Shown here piece by piece: positions 14,070 through 29,467 of a DNA stretch of 64,000 nucleotides. A program made the position numbers and the translations under genes. This DNA comes from Eledone cirrhosa. Its lineage: Eukaryota. The number at the start of each line of letters is the position of its first letter. The stretch's first letter is position 1. Where the stretch lies: assembly GCA_964016885.1 (NCBI GenBank), contig OZ024742.1:66650001-66714000 (forward strand). The letters run 5' to 3'. A model generated the notes under the pieces. The model saw only the letters and a list, made by a program, of their open reading frames with translations, had not been told where the DNA came from and searched no databases.

Positions 14070-14973
14070 CATCATTTTCAATGTAAATGCTGTGACATAC
14101 CACATAGAGTATTTCTGAGGAAATTTATTTACTTTCGGACATTCAACTATTGACTCCTTTTGGGGAATATTTCTCATAATAGACACAACTACAGCATCTC
14201 CAGATATTCATAAATGTTGAACATGTGTCGTCAACGTTTGTGAGATCTGTCTTCTCAATTTTCCTTTTTCTTCGTCCAATTATTCCTAGAAGGGTCGTGG
14301 AGGCACAGTTCCCGAACACGTCTTCCATTAGGTCTTCGCAGAAGCAACCGTCTCTAACTGATCTTTTCCGGCTGGATCTCTATACGAGACCGGCCGACAT
14401 CGTGCATTTTATCCCACTATTTTGCACGGGGTCTACTCTACATATATATCAATTGGCACGGAGAGCTTTCTTTGCAAGTATAAACTTTGAAACACCATTA
14501 GCAATTGAATATTCGTGATATTCGTAAAGTCTTCATTAAACGTAGAAATACATAACTCTGACATGAAATATACAAATGTGTATTGATCCTATATTTCGGT
14601 AAAGGCTACAATTAATATATACCAGTATTAGTTACCAACAAAAAACTAGCAATATGCAGATGTCTTTCTATATTTGTTAGAATTCATAAGATAAATAATT
14701 TCGTTATTTTCCCCGGGTTATTGATGATGTAGAAACCTGCCAACAGAAACAAAAATGGTGGTAGACATTTTGATTAAATGTGTCGATTATATTTTTAATA
14801 TTTGGAAAAATATGGAAATTTGACAGAGTTACATGCCTATGTATTCAATATGTATATTTTATGTACATTCATTCAATCTGTATAGACATTCCATTGTTTA
14901 CGTACAGAAAGTTATTCAGCGTGTATTTCGACTGCACAAACAGATACACGTGCGTACTTTCACACTCAAACAA

Positions 14974-15004
<31 letters not shown>

Positions 15005-15426
15005 AATACATATACACGGGCGCACACACACACACACACGCACACACACAAACACACATGTGTATGTGCATGATAGCATTATATAAGTTATTCAAACAAA
15101 TACTGCTACACTTAAACGTAATGAATCCATATTTATAGCCTGAGGAATTTGTAAGCTTACAGTTGATGGCTATTGTATTTATCTAATATGGCCCAAACGA
15201 TAACATACACGTTCGCAACACATAGAAATATATAGGTGCTACACTCAAGAGGTTTTTGTGACTTTTATTAAAGATTTGTGTAGCAAATATATTTATGTAT
15301 ACTACTATGAACCAATTAATAATAGGTATACGTCGAGGGATATATTGTGCAATATGTATGTATATTCATACATACATACACACACACATATATATAGACC
15401 TGTAGAAGACATTTCTATATTAATCA

Positions 15427-15466
<40 letters not shown>

Positions 15467-16040
15467 CATATGTAGACAGAACATTATACATTAATAAAAT
15501 ATTGGAGGCCATATTAGGTTGATTCAGGTTTAATTAAAACTTCGTTATATATATTAATTATGAGAGCTCTTCGGATGGCAAAACCTAATATAAACTTAGA
15601 AAGTTCCTAAGAAATCATTTAAATTTGGAAATATCTAATCATTTATATTCAGAGGATGGCCATCGGAAAAACAACAAGAGTCTTACCTTAGAAAATTTAA
15701 CGATCGTTACATTTCCTAAGGTAAAATCCTTTTGTTACCTTGGCAACAGTATTCAGAACGCATTGTAATGGTCTTTATTTAAATATGTGGTTCATATATA
15801 TATACATATATCAATGATTGTGGAGAAGGTAATCTAGACCGTGCCACAACACAATATTATTTACGTTATCAATAATATCGCTAGCTGTAAGAGAATTTTA
15901 AGCATTTTTAAAATACTAACGCATAATAAACTAAATAATATATTACCAAAGGAATTTGTGCCCACGAACATTCATGCAAAATTGTTTTATATAATGTAAT
16001 GTTACTCTTTATCTTACACACACAGACATGCACACACTCG

Positions 16041-16088
<48 letters not shown>

Positions 16089-16149
16089 CGTGTGTGTGTG
16101 TGTGTTCTTATTTGCATACATATCCGTACACATACGATTATGTATATAT

Positions 16150-16910
16150 TTATATAAATATAAATGTAAGTATGTATGTATGTATACGTACATACATATA
16201 TGTATACAGACGTACAGTAGTATGTATATATATACATACATGCACACACATATATATATATGCACGTTTCGGTTTACCGAACATTCATTACAATGCTCGG
16301 TTTGTTTGTTTGTGAACAAACAAACAGCCCGAATTACGCCGTACAGTGTTTAGGCAACCACGTCACCTTTTTGTTCAACACGGACACAGGAATGATGTAC
16401 TAGTTTCAAGCTTATTAGCTATCGTCAGCATCGTATACTTTCCTGCCAGATGCTTGAACGTCTGAAAGTATATACTTTCCTTATGCATATTAACGGCTGA
16501 GCAGCCTAATTTGCATATCGAGTGAGTTCAGTCGGCCGGCACACCGAAACCGATAAATGGAATATAATGAAACGAAATTTCATTTCTCACTCTTAGAACG
16601 GCACTTACTTAAATGTAAGTTAGTATGTATGTATACGTACATACATATATGTATACAGACGTACAGTAGTTTGTATATATATACATATATGCACACATAT
16701 ATATATACAAACAAACAAACCGAGCATTATAATAAATGTTCGGTAAACCGATACGTACATATATATATGTGTGCATGTATGTATATATATACATACTACT
16801 GTACGTCTGTATACATATATGTATGTACGTATACATACATACGTACTTACATTTAAGTAAGTGCCATACTAAAAGTGAGAAATGAAATTTCGTTTCATTC
16901 TATTCCATAA

Positions 16911-16912
<2 letters not shown>
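16150..16912 (-). mobile_element. ~430-450-bp HHR-bearing non-coding repeat unit (retrozyme-like), more than one monomer plus an inverted partial copy
   Basis: AAATGTAAG..GTATACGTACATACATATATGTATACAGACGTACAG recurs at ~16161 and ~16611; ~16705-16912 is an inverted copy; homologous to 24735-25660 and 54213-54760. Confidence 0.75.
16394..16432 (-). ncRNA. Minimal type-I hammerhead ribozyme
   Basis: Minus strand: GAUG-CUGACGA-UAGCU AAUA AGCUU-GAAA-CUAG-UA/CAUC; palindromic stem III ACUAGU. Confidence 0.8.
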
Positions 16913-16986
<74 letters not shown>

Positions 16987-17755
16987 ATGTGCTGTGTATG
17001 TGTGTGTGAGTTTATGTGATAGGCTTGTGATGCAGTCGTCATTGCTAGCGACAGGTTAATTTTTTTAACAATCATGACGCCTTGATTGTAATTTAGCAGC
17101 AATTCTCAACTGCGAGTTTAGTTGTTCAGTTACATTGCTAGATGTATCACCATCATCCTACTCTTCCTCCTTCTCCTCATTATTATCATCACCATCTTCA
17201 GTATAAACAGCACTATAGCTATCATCATCATCAATATTTTTTCCGCAAATAGTATTTATTCCTTTAAAAAATGTTAAAACATTTCTTCATCAAAAGTACC
17301 GTCATCTCAACAACCAATATGTCGGTGTTTCCAGCAACACTAGCAAACAACCGCCATCATCCCTAACATCACCACTAACATCACCTTCAGTTCCAAAAAC
17401 ACCAACACCACCAACATAACCATTACCACAACCACAATCACAACCATCATATCATCATCATCAATATACACTCTCACACACAGTTATATTCATTTTTGTC
17501 TCATCTATCACCAAAACACCCTCATACATGTTGCCATTTAAAAATTAATTAAGTCTTCCATTCATTTACTTCTCCTCCACCAACACACATATATTAGCAT
17601 CTATTTGACATCACCTACATAGTTTCATCAGCGACTGTATATGTTCTCATTTATATTGCTTCCTGTCCTCCTGCACATTTATGGCAGAGACATCTACATA
17701 TGTAACAATCGGTATATATATATATAAATATATATATAACTAAATACACACACAC

Positions 17756-17824
<69 letters not shown>

Positions 17825-18019
17825 GTGGTTAATTTATGCTGGTTGGGAGAAGAAATAATGTATATATTTCATCTAATGACTCTATGGATTACTTTTTGTA
17901 TATTGCTCTGATTGTTAATTATTTAATTAATTCGTCATTGAGCCACCCTGTGAATGGTTGCCAAAAACATATATATATATTTCTATGGCCTTGTCTAGTT
18001 TATATGTATATACCCTTTA

Positions 18020-18052
<33 letters not shown>

Positions 18053-18073
18053 CGTGTGTGTATATATATATAT

Positions 18074-18180
18074 ACAATATGCTATGCCTTCATCAGACAA
18101 AATACAATATAAACAGTTTTATATTTATTTTGTCTGATGAAGGCATAGCATATTGTTAATATGATATCCCGAAATATATA
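18074..18180 (+). ncRNA. Fold-back pLTR remnant with HHR core (family of 8057-8122)
   Basis: ACAATATGCTATGCCTTCATCAGACAAAATA ... TATTTTGTCTGATGAAGGCATAGCATATTGT hairpin; core 18134-18140, GAAA 18171-18174, then it runs into (TA)n. Confidence 0.65.
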
Positions 18181-18295
18181 TATATATATATATATTTGTA
18201 TATATATATATATATATATATGTAGATAAATCAAAATTTTTTTGTTTAATATAAGGAACTGTTTCTTTGTTTTATTCATTATTTTTTTAACATTT

Positions 18296-19347
<1,052 letters not shown>

Positions 19348-19630
19348 ACACACATAAGCATATGTTTATGCATGTGTGGGCGTGTATGCTTATAGGTAGG
19401 TAGCTAGAAAAATGTGGGGCTTGGGTAGTAAATCGGAAACCTATAGAATGATAAGAAGAGATAACGATGAATACGTAAAGATGTGAAATTCAAATGAGCA
19501 ACAGTGACATTAGATTCCCAAATGGTTACTTTTGCCGTCATGACGTATTTATCTTGCTTTCTTTGGCACCAACAACACATAGACACGTACGCACAGGTAT
19601 TCTCACGCCAGAGTAATACACGCATACCCG

Positions 19631-19755
<125 letters not shown>

Positions 19756-20120
19756 TTGCGTTCATTTCTTATGTAATAAATATTCTGTAGAAAACCAATA
19801 TATCTTCGGGCATCATTATAGAAATTTACAATATTACTGAAAGGATGCCACATCGTATGATATGCTGGACAAACTTTATATACTTTATAACAGTATATAA
19901 TATGACTGGCGGGTGTTTCAGATTCATATCAACATATTGGATTATTTTCTTTTATTTCTATAAAGATCATATTCGTATTCGCTAGTTCTAAGTTTAGACT
20001 AATGTCGAAAAATACCCCCCCCCCCCCAAAAAAAAAACTGATTATCATATGGTTGATGCCTGCTGTTATTTAAATCTATCTCTTTGAATAATTCAGTGTT
20101 GTTATTTCTCTCTCTCTCTC

Positions 20121-20180
<60 letters not shown>

Positions 20181-20772
20181 TGCTATCATTCGTGTACTAC
20201 TACGAATTAATGCAGAATTCTCTGTATGTACCTTACTTAAATTTCTGGCATATTTTTTAAATAGAAGATTTGAAAACACTGAAAGCTTTCAAGAAAATAT
20301 AATAAATGAATTCATACCATTCCATATTTCCATTTAAATATACTTTAAAGAGATAAAATTAATACAAACAAATATAACATGAAATGTAGTTCAATATACA
20401 CCATAAGTTCATATAAGATATGCTAAACAATGTAAAGAGAAAAGTTGAATAGAGTATATTCAACTTTTCTCTAATCCGTGACTTCAGATGCCATTAATAA
20501 CATCTATAAGGTAAATTTGGTAGAACAAATGTAATCTCTAGTTCTACGATTAACATATTTTGCTGCCACATACTGTAAGAAAGCATACTTCGACTTCATG
20601 AATTAATCTAAATGAAATCAATAGCTGTAACCACGTAAAGGGCAATGCAATAAAGCAAATGTAAAGGCCCATCAATCCCTGATTGACCAGTAGACGTGGC
20701 GTCTTGACGTACGGTGACACTTGAAAATGTGATGGGATCCAGTCGAGTCAGATCGCATTCAGTATCATCAAG

Positions 20773-20914
<142 letters not shown>

Positions 20915-21018
20915 AAGGAGTGTGTAAAATAGAGAGAGAGAAAGAGACAGATGAGGGGCGTGGATATCGTCAAGATTTGAAAACAGATCCCATTGTGCAG
21001 GACAAATACCCATACATT

Positions 21019-21069
<51 letters not shown>

Positions 21070-21668
21070 ATGTGTTGCTGTGAGTGGTTGTGTGTCTGTG
21101 TCTGTGTGTGGCCGTGTGTGTATGTGTGTGTATTTAATACATATATCAAAGATAGACCGCAACTCTCTTTTCCGAGATGAAGACTTATTTGTTTATTTGT
21201 TAGCACCTCTGTATTATCTATTATTGTACTAATGTAAATACAATGTTATTTATTAATGTTCTAGCGAAGATCACGTTAGTGACTTGCCAAAAATCGTCCA
21301 GCAATTATGCTTTGTGGAAAATGCATCAATACCATTTTGGTCCTACAAACATATGTTCTAATTCAATAAGTGTAGGAATAAAATTAAAATATTGTTATAC
21401 ATAGTATTCTCTCATTGGTGAATATGTATATTTTTAGGGCCTTGAACTCGGACGAGTGTAGACATTGACAGTTAAAACAAACTGCAACGTTTTCGAACCG
21501 GAGCACGAATGAAACAATTGTAACGAAAACAACCTATGTGAGATTTTATATAGAAATGGTTTCTACATGACTCTTTCATTCGTATCAGGAGTGCCACGTG
21601 ACATAGAGAGTACTAGACACCTAATAATGTAATAAATAATGTAATAAAGTAAAAGCTGTCTTATTGTC

Positions 21669-21720
<52 letters not shown>

Positions 21721-21723
<3 letters not shown>

Positions 21724-22160
21724 TAAAAAGGAAACGAAAATGCTGACAAATTTTTCCCAGTGAAAAATAGTTTAATTAGGAATAAGTAAGTATTGGTTAG
21801 TATTCAGTTTTAGTTTTAAGCTTTTAGCGGTTGCGCATTTCTAATGCTTTTCAAAAATAATTTTGAGAAAGAGCGCTCGTGATGTTTGCTCTAATCTGAT
21901 CAGTTTTGGAAATTCTTCCTGTTTTATGAGAAAAAAGTGGCTCAATAAGTACTATAAATTTCGCGCCAATTCGTGTTGCAAAAATTCTTGTAGTCAAAAC
22001 AATTTTGAATGGTCGGTAGAGGTCACGTGAACGTTAAAAATTGATTTTAGCGCGAACTGTTTTGGCGCCAAATGTAGGTTTGTCGAATAGTGTCCTTTTT
22101 TGCTTGATTGAGTTGCAGTCATGTTGAGAAGTCACTGAAAAACATGTCTATTAAGACAAA

Positions 22161-22191
<31 letters not shown>

Positions 22192-24460
22192 CTGTTTGTA
22201 TGTTAGTGTACGCGTGTGTATGTGTGTGTGTATGTGCGTGAGTGTGTGTATATATGTGTGTGTGTGTTTGTGTGTGTGTGGATGGACCAGAATTTTTGTA
22301 ATACTGGTAAAAATAGTGTACTTTATTCGATATTTTCAGTCATTTGAAAAAACATCAATAATAAAAGAGGTGAAATGACACCAAGGTGTGTGTGAGTGTC
22401 CAGATTGTACGTACTGCAAGCGGAATCCATTAGGCCCTGCCGTATGGGATACTTGTGTACAAATATATATGTGCCCATCAATGTACAATACAAGTGAGCG
22501 TATGTGTAGGTGTGTGTGTCAGCACGTTTATATCTATAAACATCAAAAGGTATGCAAATTTGTGTATATTTGTGTTGCACCATAGTTCATGTGTGTTTAC
22601 GTATGTCATTGTGTGTATATGTGGATAGAGATGTATGTAGGATGTATGCTGATGTAGGTATGTATGTTGCCGTGTGTATGTTGTGGGTTTGTGTTAGGGA
22701 GCAGTGTTTAGACGGGGTATTTGTTAATAAAGTGAGATTCCTTACTGATGCGCTGGGTGTGGGTGGCATTATCTTTAAATTTGTAGAGGGGAAATATTCT
22801 GAAGTTGGGATGATTTTGGGCGGCACAGGTATCAATGTGTTCACTCAGTGGTATTTTTCTGTATTCCCGTATTTTAATTTGGGATCTATGGACAGTCATG
22901 CGTTGGCGGAGGCTGTTTTTGGTCTGGCCTATCTATTGTTCTCGACAACCTGAGCAAGTTAATACATATATTAGATTTTCTGATGCGCATGTGAAATTGT
23001 GTTTTACTATAAAACGTTGTCCTTCTTTGAAATAGAATTCCAAACCCTCTATTAGGTTGATGCATACGCCACAGTTGGGTCTATCGCATTTTTTTACTGT
23101 GGGTTTCGTTGTTGTGGTTGGCAGTACTTTGGCATGTGTTATGATGTTTTTCATTAACATAGATTCTCTTTTGCTCTTTATGATGTCGTGTGTTCGAAGG
23201 ATTTGGTTCATTCTATGGTCCTTTTTTAACACAGGGATGTTCTGGACGATGGTGTCAAAAGCCTCATTGTTGAGGGGGTTGTGTCTGGAGATGTATGGAA
23301 GAGCTTTTAGTTTCGGTTGATTTACTTTAGGGTGTCTAAGGTCCTGGGTACTGAGTTTTAGGGCACGTTGGATTCCATTGTCAATTAGTGATGCAGGGTA
23401 GTCCCTGCTTATGAGTGTGTCCTTTAGTTCTTGTAGTCGTAAGTAACAGGTGTTTTTATTGAAGACTATAGTATAGATTCTCTTGGTTAAGTTGTAGGGA
23501 ATATTAATTTTAACGTGTGTAGGGTGGCAAGAATTGAAAGGAAGATATTGCTTGGAGTCTGTGGGCTTGTAGTATATGTCTGTTTCTATTTTTTTGTTAG
23601 GAACCTTAATGAGAATGTCGAGGAAGGGGAGTTGTTGATGGCTGTATTCCATCGTGAAGTTAATATTCGTGTTGAACCCATTTATAAAGGTGTGAAATTC
23701 TTTAAGTTTCTCGATGTTTTCGTGCCAAAGGATGAAACCGTCATCTAGATATCGCTTCCAGTTCTTTTCTATGTGTAGTGGAGAGTGTTTCCAAATTTGT
23801 TTAGTAGTTTAGTGCAGAGGGTGATTTCCAGGTATCCCATGACTAGGTTGGCATAAGTGGGGGCCGTTTCGTTCCCATAGCAGTCCCAGATTTCTGCCTG
23901 TAGGATTTGTTATTGAAAACGAAGTAATTGGTCTCCAAAAAATTTGAGTCCTTCTATCACGAATTCTTTTTTGATGTGTTGTGGGAGTTCATTGTGGTAA
24001 TCATCCAGCCAGAATTGGATAGCTTCTATTCTTAGGTTATGGGGGATGTTGGAGTATAGGTTGACTACATGGAACGTCACTAGTAGGGTTTGTTCAGTAA
24101 GGGAAATATTAGGGGGGTGATTGAGCATATGTAGGACTTCCCTTATATAGCTTTTGATGTGTTTGAGAAAAAGCTTGAGAAGGGTATCAATTGTGTTGCT
24201 AAGGCGGTGGGTTTCGCAAGCGGGGCCTGCTATTATAGGTCTTAATTTGAGATCATTACGTGAGGGGACATTGATGACTATGTCTATGGCTTCCTTGCAT
24301 GCCTTACTTATTAATTGGTTTTTATGTACTTTAGGGATACCGTAGAAAAGGCTGGATGTACTTGTGAAGTCTGTGATGAAGCTGAATTCCTTGTTAGTGA
24401 GTCCTTCTTTGTATTGGTTGATCAGAGTTTTTAGGCTTCTCATAATTTTCTGTTGATTGT
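21721..24460 (-). mobile_element. Neptune-type PLE, 5'-truncated and decayed (RT, Cys-rich linker, GIY-YIG)
   Basis: ORFs 23910-24443 (FYGIPKVHK, KLRPIIAG, LVTFHVVNLYSNIPH) and 22933-23652 (LPFLDILI, YYKPTDSKQYL..SCHP, CDRPNCGVC, FTCASENLIYVLTC..C); RYLDD on the minus strand near 23750; endonuclease continues IGQT..LRQRM..H to ~22700. The 3' boundary is approximate. Confidence 0.88.
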
Positions 24461-24688
24461 AGATGGCGTAGGACAGAACAAAGGAAAGTCACAAAATCAA
24501 AGAAAATAATCCCCAGTCACTGAAAAGGTCACAGAATGTGTGATGGAAGAATTTGACAATATATGAACAATCGTCTGGTTGTGGAACTAACCAACCAACC
24601 GGAAATTTATAAATTGCTAAATTTATAATAAATTTAAGTGAAAGCAACTGGTGAGTGTGTTTCTTATTGGCAACATGACCCTCCCAAA

Positions 24689-24692
<4 letters not shown>
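24460..24692 (+). mobile_element. Terminal fragment of the 11340-12790 / 51268-51768 PLE family
   Basis: AGATGGCGTAGGA..CCCCAGTCACTGAA..CAACATGACCCTCCCAAAGTATA matches 51517-51765. Confidence 0.75.
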
Positions 24693-24739
<47 letters not shown>

Positions 24740-24858
24740 ATTATGTATACGTATATACATTTATTATAATGCTCGGTGTGTTTGTAAACAAACATCCCGA
24801 ATTAAGCCGTAGTGTCTAGCAACCATAGTTGCTCATTTGTTCAACACTGACAAAGGAA

Positions 24859-24898
24859 CGCTGTACTAGTTTCAAGTTATTAGCTATCGTCAGCAACG
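24859..24898 (-). ncRNA. Minimal type-I hammerhead ribozyme
   Basis: Minus strand: CGUUG-CUGACGA-UAGCUAAUAACUU-GAAA-CUAG-UA/CAGCG. Confidence 0.75.
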
Positions 24899-25335
24899 TA
24901 TAACTTCCTGCCAGATGGTTGAACGTCTGAATGTATATACTTTCCTTATGCATATTAACGGCTGAGCAGCCTAATTTGCATATCGAGTGAGTTAATCTGC
25001 CGTAGTACCGAAAACGATAAACGGAAAAAATGAAACGAAATTTCATTTATCACTCTTAGTACGGCTGTTACTTAAATGTAAGTATGTATACGTACATACA
25101 TATATGTATACAGACGTACAGTAGTATGTGTATATATATATACATACATGCACACATATATACGTATGGATTCACCGAACATTTATTATAATGCTCGGTG
25201 TGTTTGTAAACAAACATCCCGAATTAAGCCGTAGTGTGCAGCAACCATCGTTATATATAATTATTTATAGAGTACTACGTTTTGAAATTATCATGAATCT
25301 GGCTATCCAAAATAAATGTTGTGGTAATATAGATG

Positions 25336-25386
25336 AGATTCTACAGGACTAGAACTGTTTCATTCTTTAGAAATCATCAGGAATCT
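25336..25386 (-). ncRNA. Type-I hammerhead ribozyme (86-bp unit family)
   Basis: Minus strand: AGAUUC-CUGAUGA-UUUC UAAA GAAU-GAAA-CAG UUCUAGUC CUG-UA/GAAUCU. Confidence 0.78.
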
Positions 25387-28300
25387 GGCTGTCCAAAAAA
25401 ATATTGTGGTAATATATATATATATATAAACGGAAAAAATGAAACGAAATTTCATTTCGCACTCTTAGTACGGCTGTTACTTAAATATAAGTATGTATAC
25501 GTTCATACATATATATATATACAGACGTACAGTAGTATGTATATATATATATACATACATGCACACATATATACGTATGGATTCACCGAACATTTATTAT
25601 AATGCTCGGTGTGTTTGTAAACAAACATCCCGAATTAAGCCGTAGTGTGCAGCAACCATCGTTATATATAATTATTTATAGAGTACTACGTTTTGAAATT
25701 GTCCTCCACCTACTCAAAGTCTTCATTTCCTTTTTTTTATTCTCTCTTCATCCTACATCACCCATTCTATTCAACTACTTGATATCTGTTTTTTAAAATA
25801 TCATCCCACCACCATCACCATCCCCAACCACTATGAAACCTATAAGTATCAACTACTTTTTATGCCTTTCGACATTACTGGTGGTTTCTTACGAATGAAA
25901 CAGTTGCAGTCCTGTAGCAGCTATTTCTATATTAAACAATGATATTTACACACTTCTAATGTATTGAGTAGCTTTTTACCTGTGGTTACCCCCGATCTCA
26001 CACGTGATATAAATATATATATAAACATACCAAATAGTTGTGAATGTAATGTTTCGTGAATCGTAATGTATGTTTTCATATTACAAAATACTCAGAAGAT
26101 TGATTGAATTAGGTAAGGAGTGTGATCGAGTTTTTGGTGAAATTATCCTGAAGCTGGCTGAAATTAGCTCATCAAAATTTGATGGTTTGCTGAAAAGTAC
26201 ATTTAGGAAATGGGTCATGTATTCTCCTATTCAAACATCGTGCAGAGAATACGTGTGATTTTCATATAGTCAGAGCTTAAACGTGACTTAATGTTCTTTG
26301 TAATTTGCTAAAGACACGCATAAGGAAAGAAGTTATTTCAAATTACTTTTACTCTTGGTGAATATATAATTTTGTTCTATATAGTTTCTATTATACAGAA
26401 AATGTAATATATATTACATACAATATTAACTATTTTAGACAAATTGTAAAGAAACTGTATGATAGTTTTCTCAAAATACCATCTAAAATTCACTTAATTC
26501 TTAAACGTGTGAAAAGCAAATATGGTTGCATTATTTGCTATAACACCTACTCTCTGACCGTTCAAAAATTCATTTAATACCATACATCTATTATTGCAAT
26601 GAACTATTAAAAGACGGTGTTTGCAATGAATAATTACGTCACAAGTAGAACGACATTAATATATATTGAGCAAACATGATATATATTCATTTGCCATTTC
26701 TGCGTTATGCCCGAAATACAGAAAATATAAAACACCACATATACTCACATGTAAATATATGACAAGATTGCAATTGAAAGAATTAATCTCTGATATTCTG
26801 TCTAATGCATATTCAACAAACAAGCAAAGTATCATTTAATCTATGTGCTTTGGATATGTTTTCTTATTTGTTACTTCGTTGTGTCTCTTTATCGATAATC
26901 GGTAACACTTTATAAACCCGTGGCCAACGGAGCCCTGTGATTAAGTACACCTAAGCACAATGGTAAATCCGGCACTGCATATTTGAAGTAATCATATATA
27001 TCACTCCATTAGTCGTATGTATAATTAAATATTCTTTTTTTGTCATAATTTCCGTGAAACTTATAATTCAACTAAAATATTAATAAAAGGTATATGTATT
27101 TTATTGATATTTTAGGATTCAAAGTAGCTCAGAATTAAGATATTATTACACTTCTTTTGACAAAAGTTGCATATGATGAGGCTTCTTTGAATTATCTCTA
27201 TATTAGCAGCATCCATCAAGAAAAATTGAACTATGCGTCATAAACGATGCTAAATCAATAACATTTGTTGAAAGATTTACTCTACTACATTTTCAGCTTC
27301 TGTTTCTTTGAACATTGCTAGAAACTATGAAGACAGTGTTTATACGAACAACATTTAAAATCGTTTTCTGTACCCAAACTCAACCAGATTGAAGGATACA
27401 TTATAGCCAGAGACAAATATTATATTTAGTAAAGTCGAAAACACGTAGAATCTCTTCTTGACTGGATTATCAGTGACACCAATCTTCTCACTTGACCTTA
27501 GCAGAGTAGTTTTAATCATATAAAATCCCCTCCCGCAACAAAAAGAAACTAACAAACAAACCAGCACTTCTGCAATTTACATGAAATACGGCTTATGTTT
27601 CCAAAATGAATGTTCCTGAAGATCTCTGGGGATCAATTAAAGAGATCTAGTCATATACATGATATATATCCAGAAGAGTACCAATGTTTATAAAGATATT
27701 CCTAAGAACAGAGAATCAATCCAGCGTAACAAATGCACGTTTCAAAACTCGTTAAAATATATTACTACTTAAAGGCAATAATACATAAGCTATTCTCTTG
27801 TATAAATTATATATATAATGAAATTTTTCTTTAAACTAGAGCTTTAATATTTACCGAGACATCTAACACAATTCAACGCAAGCTTTAAACCAACATAATA
27901 GTACTAACGGTTTCTATCGGCGCTGTAAATAGTAAATCAAAACAAAACAAAACGTAAACATGCATAACAGCAATGATAACATATTCTACTGTTTGGATGA
28001 TCAGAAAATTCTGTCACAGTTTCACGAACATAGATCATATTCTGCAGAGAAGGAGAGAATATAGCCAATATATTCACAATATCATTGAAACAATTGAAAA
28101 TAGGGATGAACGTAAGGTAAATCCCATTGTGCTTGCTTTGTATGTTTGTACTTGCAGCAATATAAACATACAACACACTAGCCTTTTAAAACACTAGATC
28201 CTAGTATATTAAAAAACAAGATTTTGAGAAGTTATATCGTTGAAAATACATATACGCGCTCTAAACTGATAATGGGTTAAACAAGTTTCGAAGCATCAGA

Positions 28301-28901
28301 AACAAGCAAATATTCGACAACGTAATTTTTTCACCACGGCAAAAGTATTGGAGAGAAATTCATTCATCAATTAGATTGTTTAAGAAAGAACATATACATG
28401 CCATGGGCTCGATTAACGTGTACAATTTAGCTGATGATTTCTCGACAATTCTCATGAAAACACACAAAGAAAAGCACTCGATATTTCCCCAAATTTAGAC
28501 GAAAACTGCCAAATTTGCGCAAAGCTGAAAGCTGAAATAACACGTCACACAAATGGGAGGAAATAGAACAAACAAATACACACACGCACATGTGTCTATG
28601 AGTGTGTGTATGTTCTAAACTATCTGTTTAACAATCTATCTATATATAGCTATGCACACACACATACACAAACACAAACACACGCACAGACACACGCACT
28701 ATATATATATACATGTATGTATGTTTTTTTTACATTCATACATATATATATATATATACTTATATATATATGAATGCTTACATGGACCTCTCACATACGT
28801 TGGACTTTTAAATTGGATTTTCACTCTGAAACTGGATCTACACCCGGAGTTTACCTGAACTTCCACCAGGAAATCTTTTCGTATCACTAATAACTTATTT
28901 G

Positions 28902-28962
<61 letters not shown>

Positions 28963-29000
28963 AGGAGGTTATAGTTCACTTGAAGCATTGTGTAATGAGG

Positions 29001-29179
29001 TATAAACGTTAGAATATGTGTAATAAGGCCAAGACAATGCAGATATGGACATAGAAAAAAGAATGCAATAGTGAAAGATATTGATGAGAATTCGTCTTTC
29101 ACCTTGAATTTATTTAAATGTCCTTAATTTTTCTATGTCCATATCTGCATTGTCTTGGCCTTATTACACATATTCTAAC

Positions 29180-29186
<7 letters not shown>
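29001..29186. repeat. Fold-back element with ~59-bp arms, identical by eye, between (TA)n runs
   Basis: TATAAACGTTAGAATATGTGTAATAAGGCCAAGACAATGCAGATATGGACATAGAAAAA and its reverse complement at 29128-29186. Confidence 0.9.
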
Positions 29187-29214
<28 letters not shown>

Positions 29215-29385
29215 TAGTATATTTACCAACATATGCGTACAGATGTACACTAATGCTAGACAAATACATAAGTTATGTCATAGTACCTAGGTGGTTCAAT
29301 GCAGGGGGATGCAGAACAATTATATGAAAGACGTATAATAAGAAAATTTTAAAAATAAAAAATTAACTTACTTACTAAAATTTTC

Positions 29386-29467
29386 ACTCCAACTAATTAG
29401 TTTCTGTAATGGGATAAAGATAGTTACGCAATGTAACCATCGAGAATTCATTACGTCATCAGGGAGT
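29386..29467 (-). ncRNA. Type-I hammerhead ribozyme, extended stem II, palindromic stem III
   Basis: Minus strand: ACUCC-CUGAUGA-(c)GUAAUG..GAUGGUUAC auugc GUAACUAUC..CAUUAC(a)-GAAA-CUAAUUAG-UU/GGAGU. Confidence 0.75.

Larger units (their letters stand above)
24735..25700 (-). mobile_element. Retrozyme-like ~422-bp HHR unit (more than one monomer) plus 86-bp HHR unit and a further partial copy
   Basis: ACATTTATTATAATGCTCGGTGTG recurs at 24757 and 25179; HHRs at 24859-24898 and 25336-25386. Confidence 0.75.

Noticed and set aside
16508-16516. Octamer ATTTGCAT in the 430-bp unit as an snRNA-type promoter element
   Set aside because: A single 8-mer in AT-rich DNA with no recognisable PSE; conservation across copies is explained by common descent.
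26000-28550. Relatively repeat-poor stretch as possible host exons
   Set aside because: Only short ORFs with no recognisable domain; isolated GTAAG motifs are insufficient evidence.
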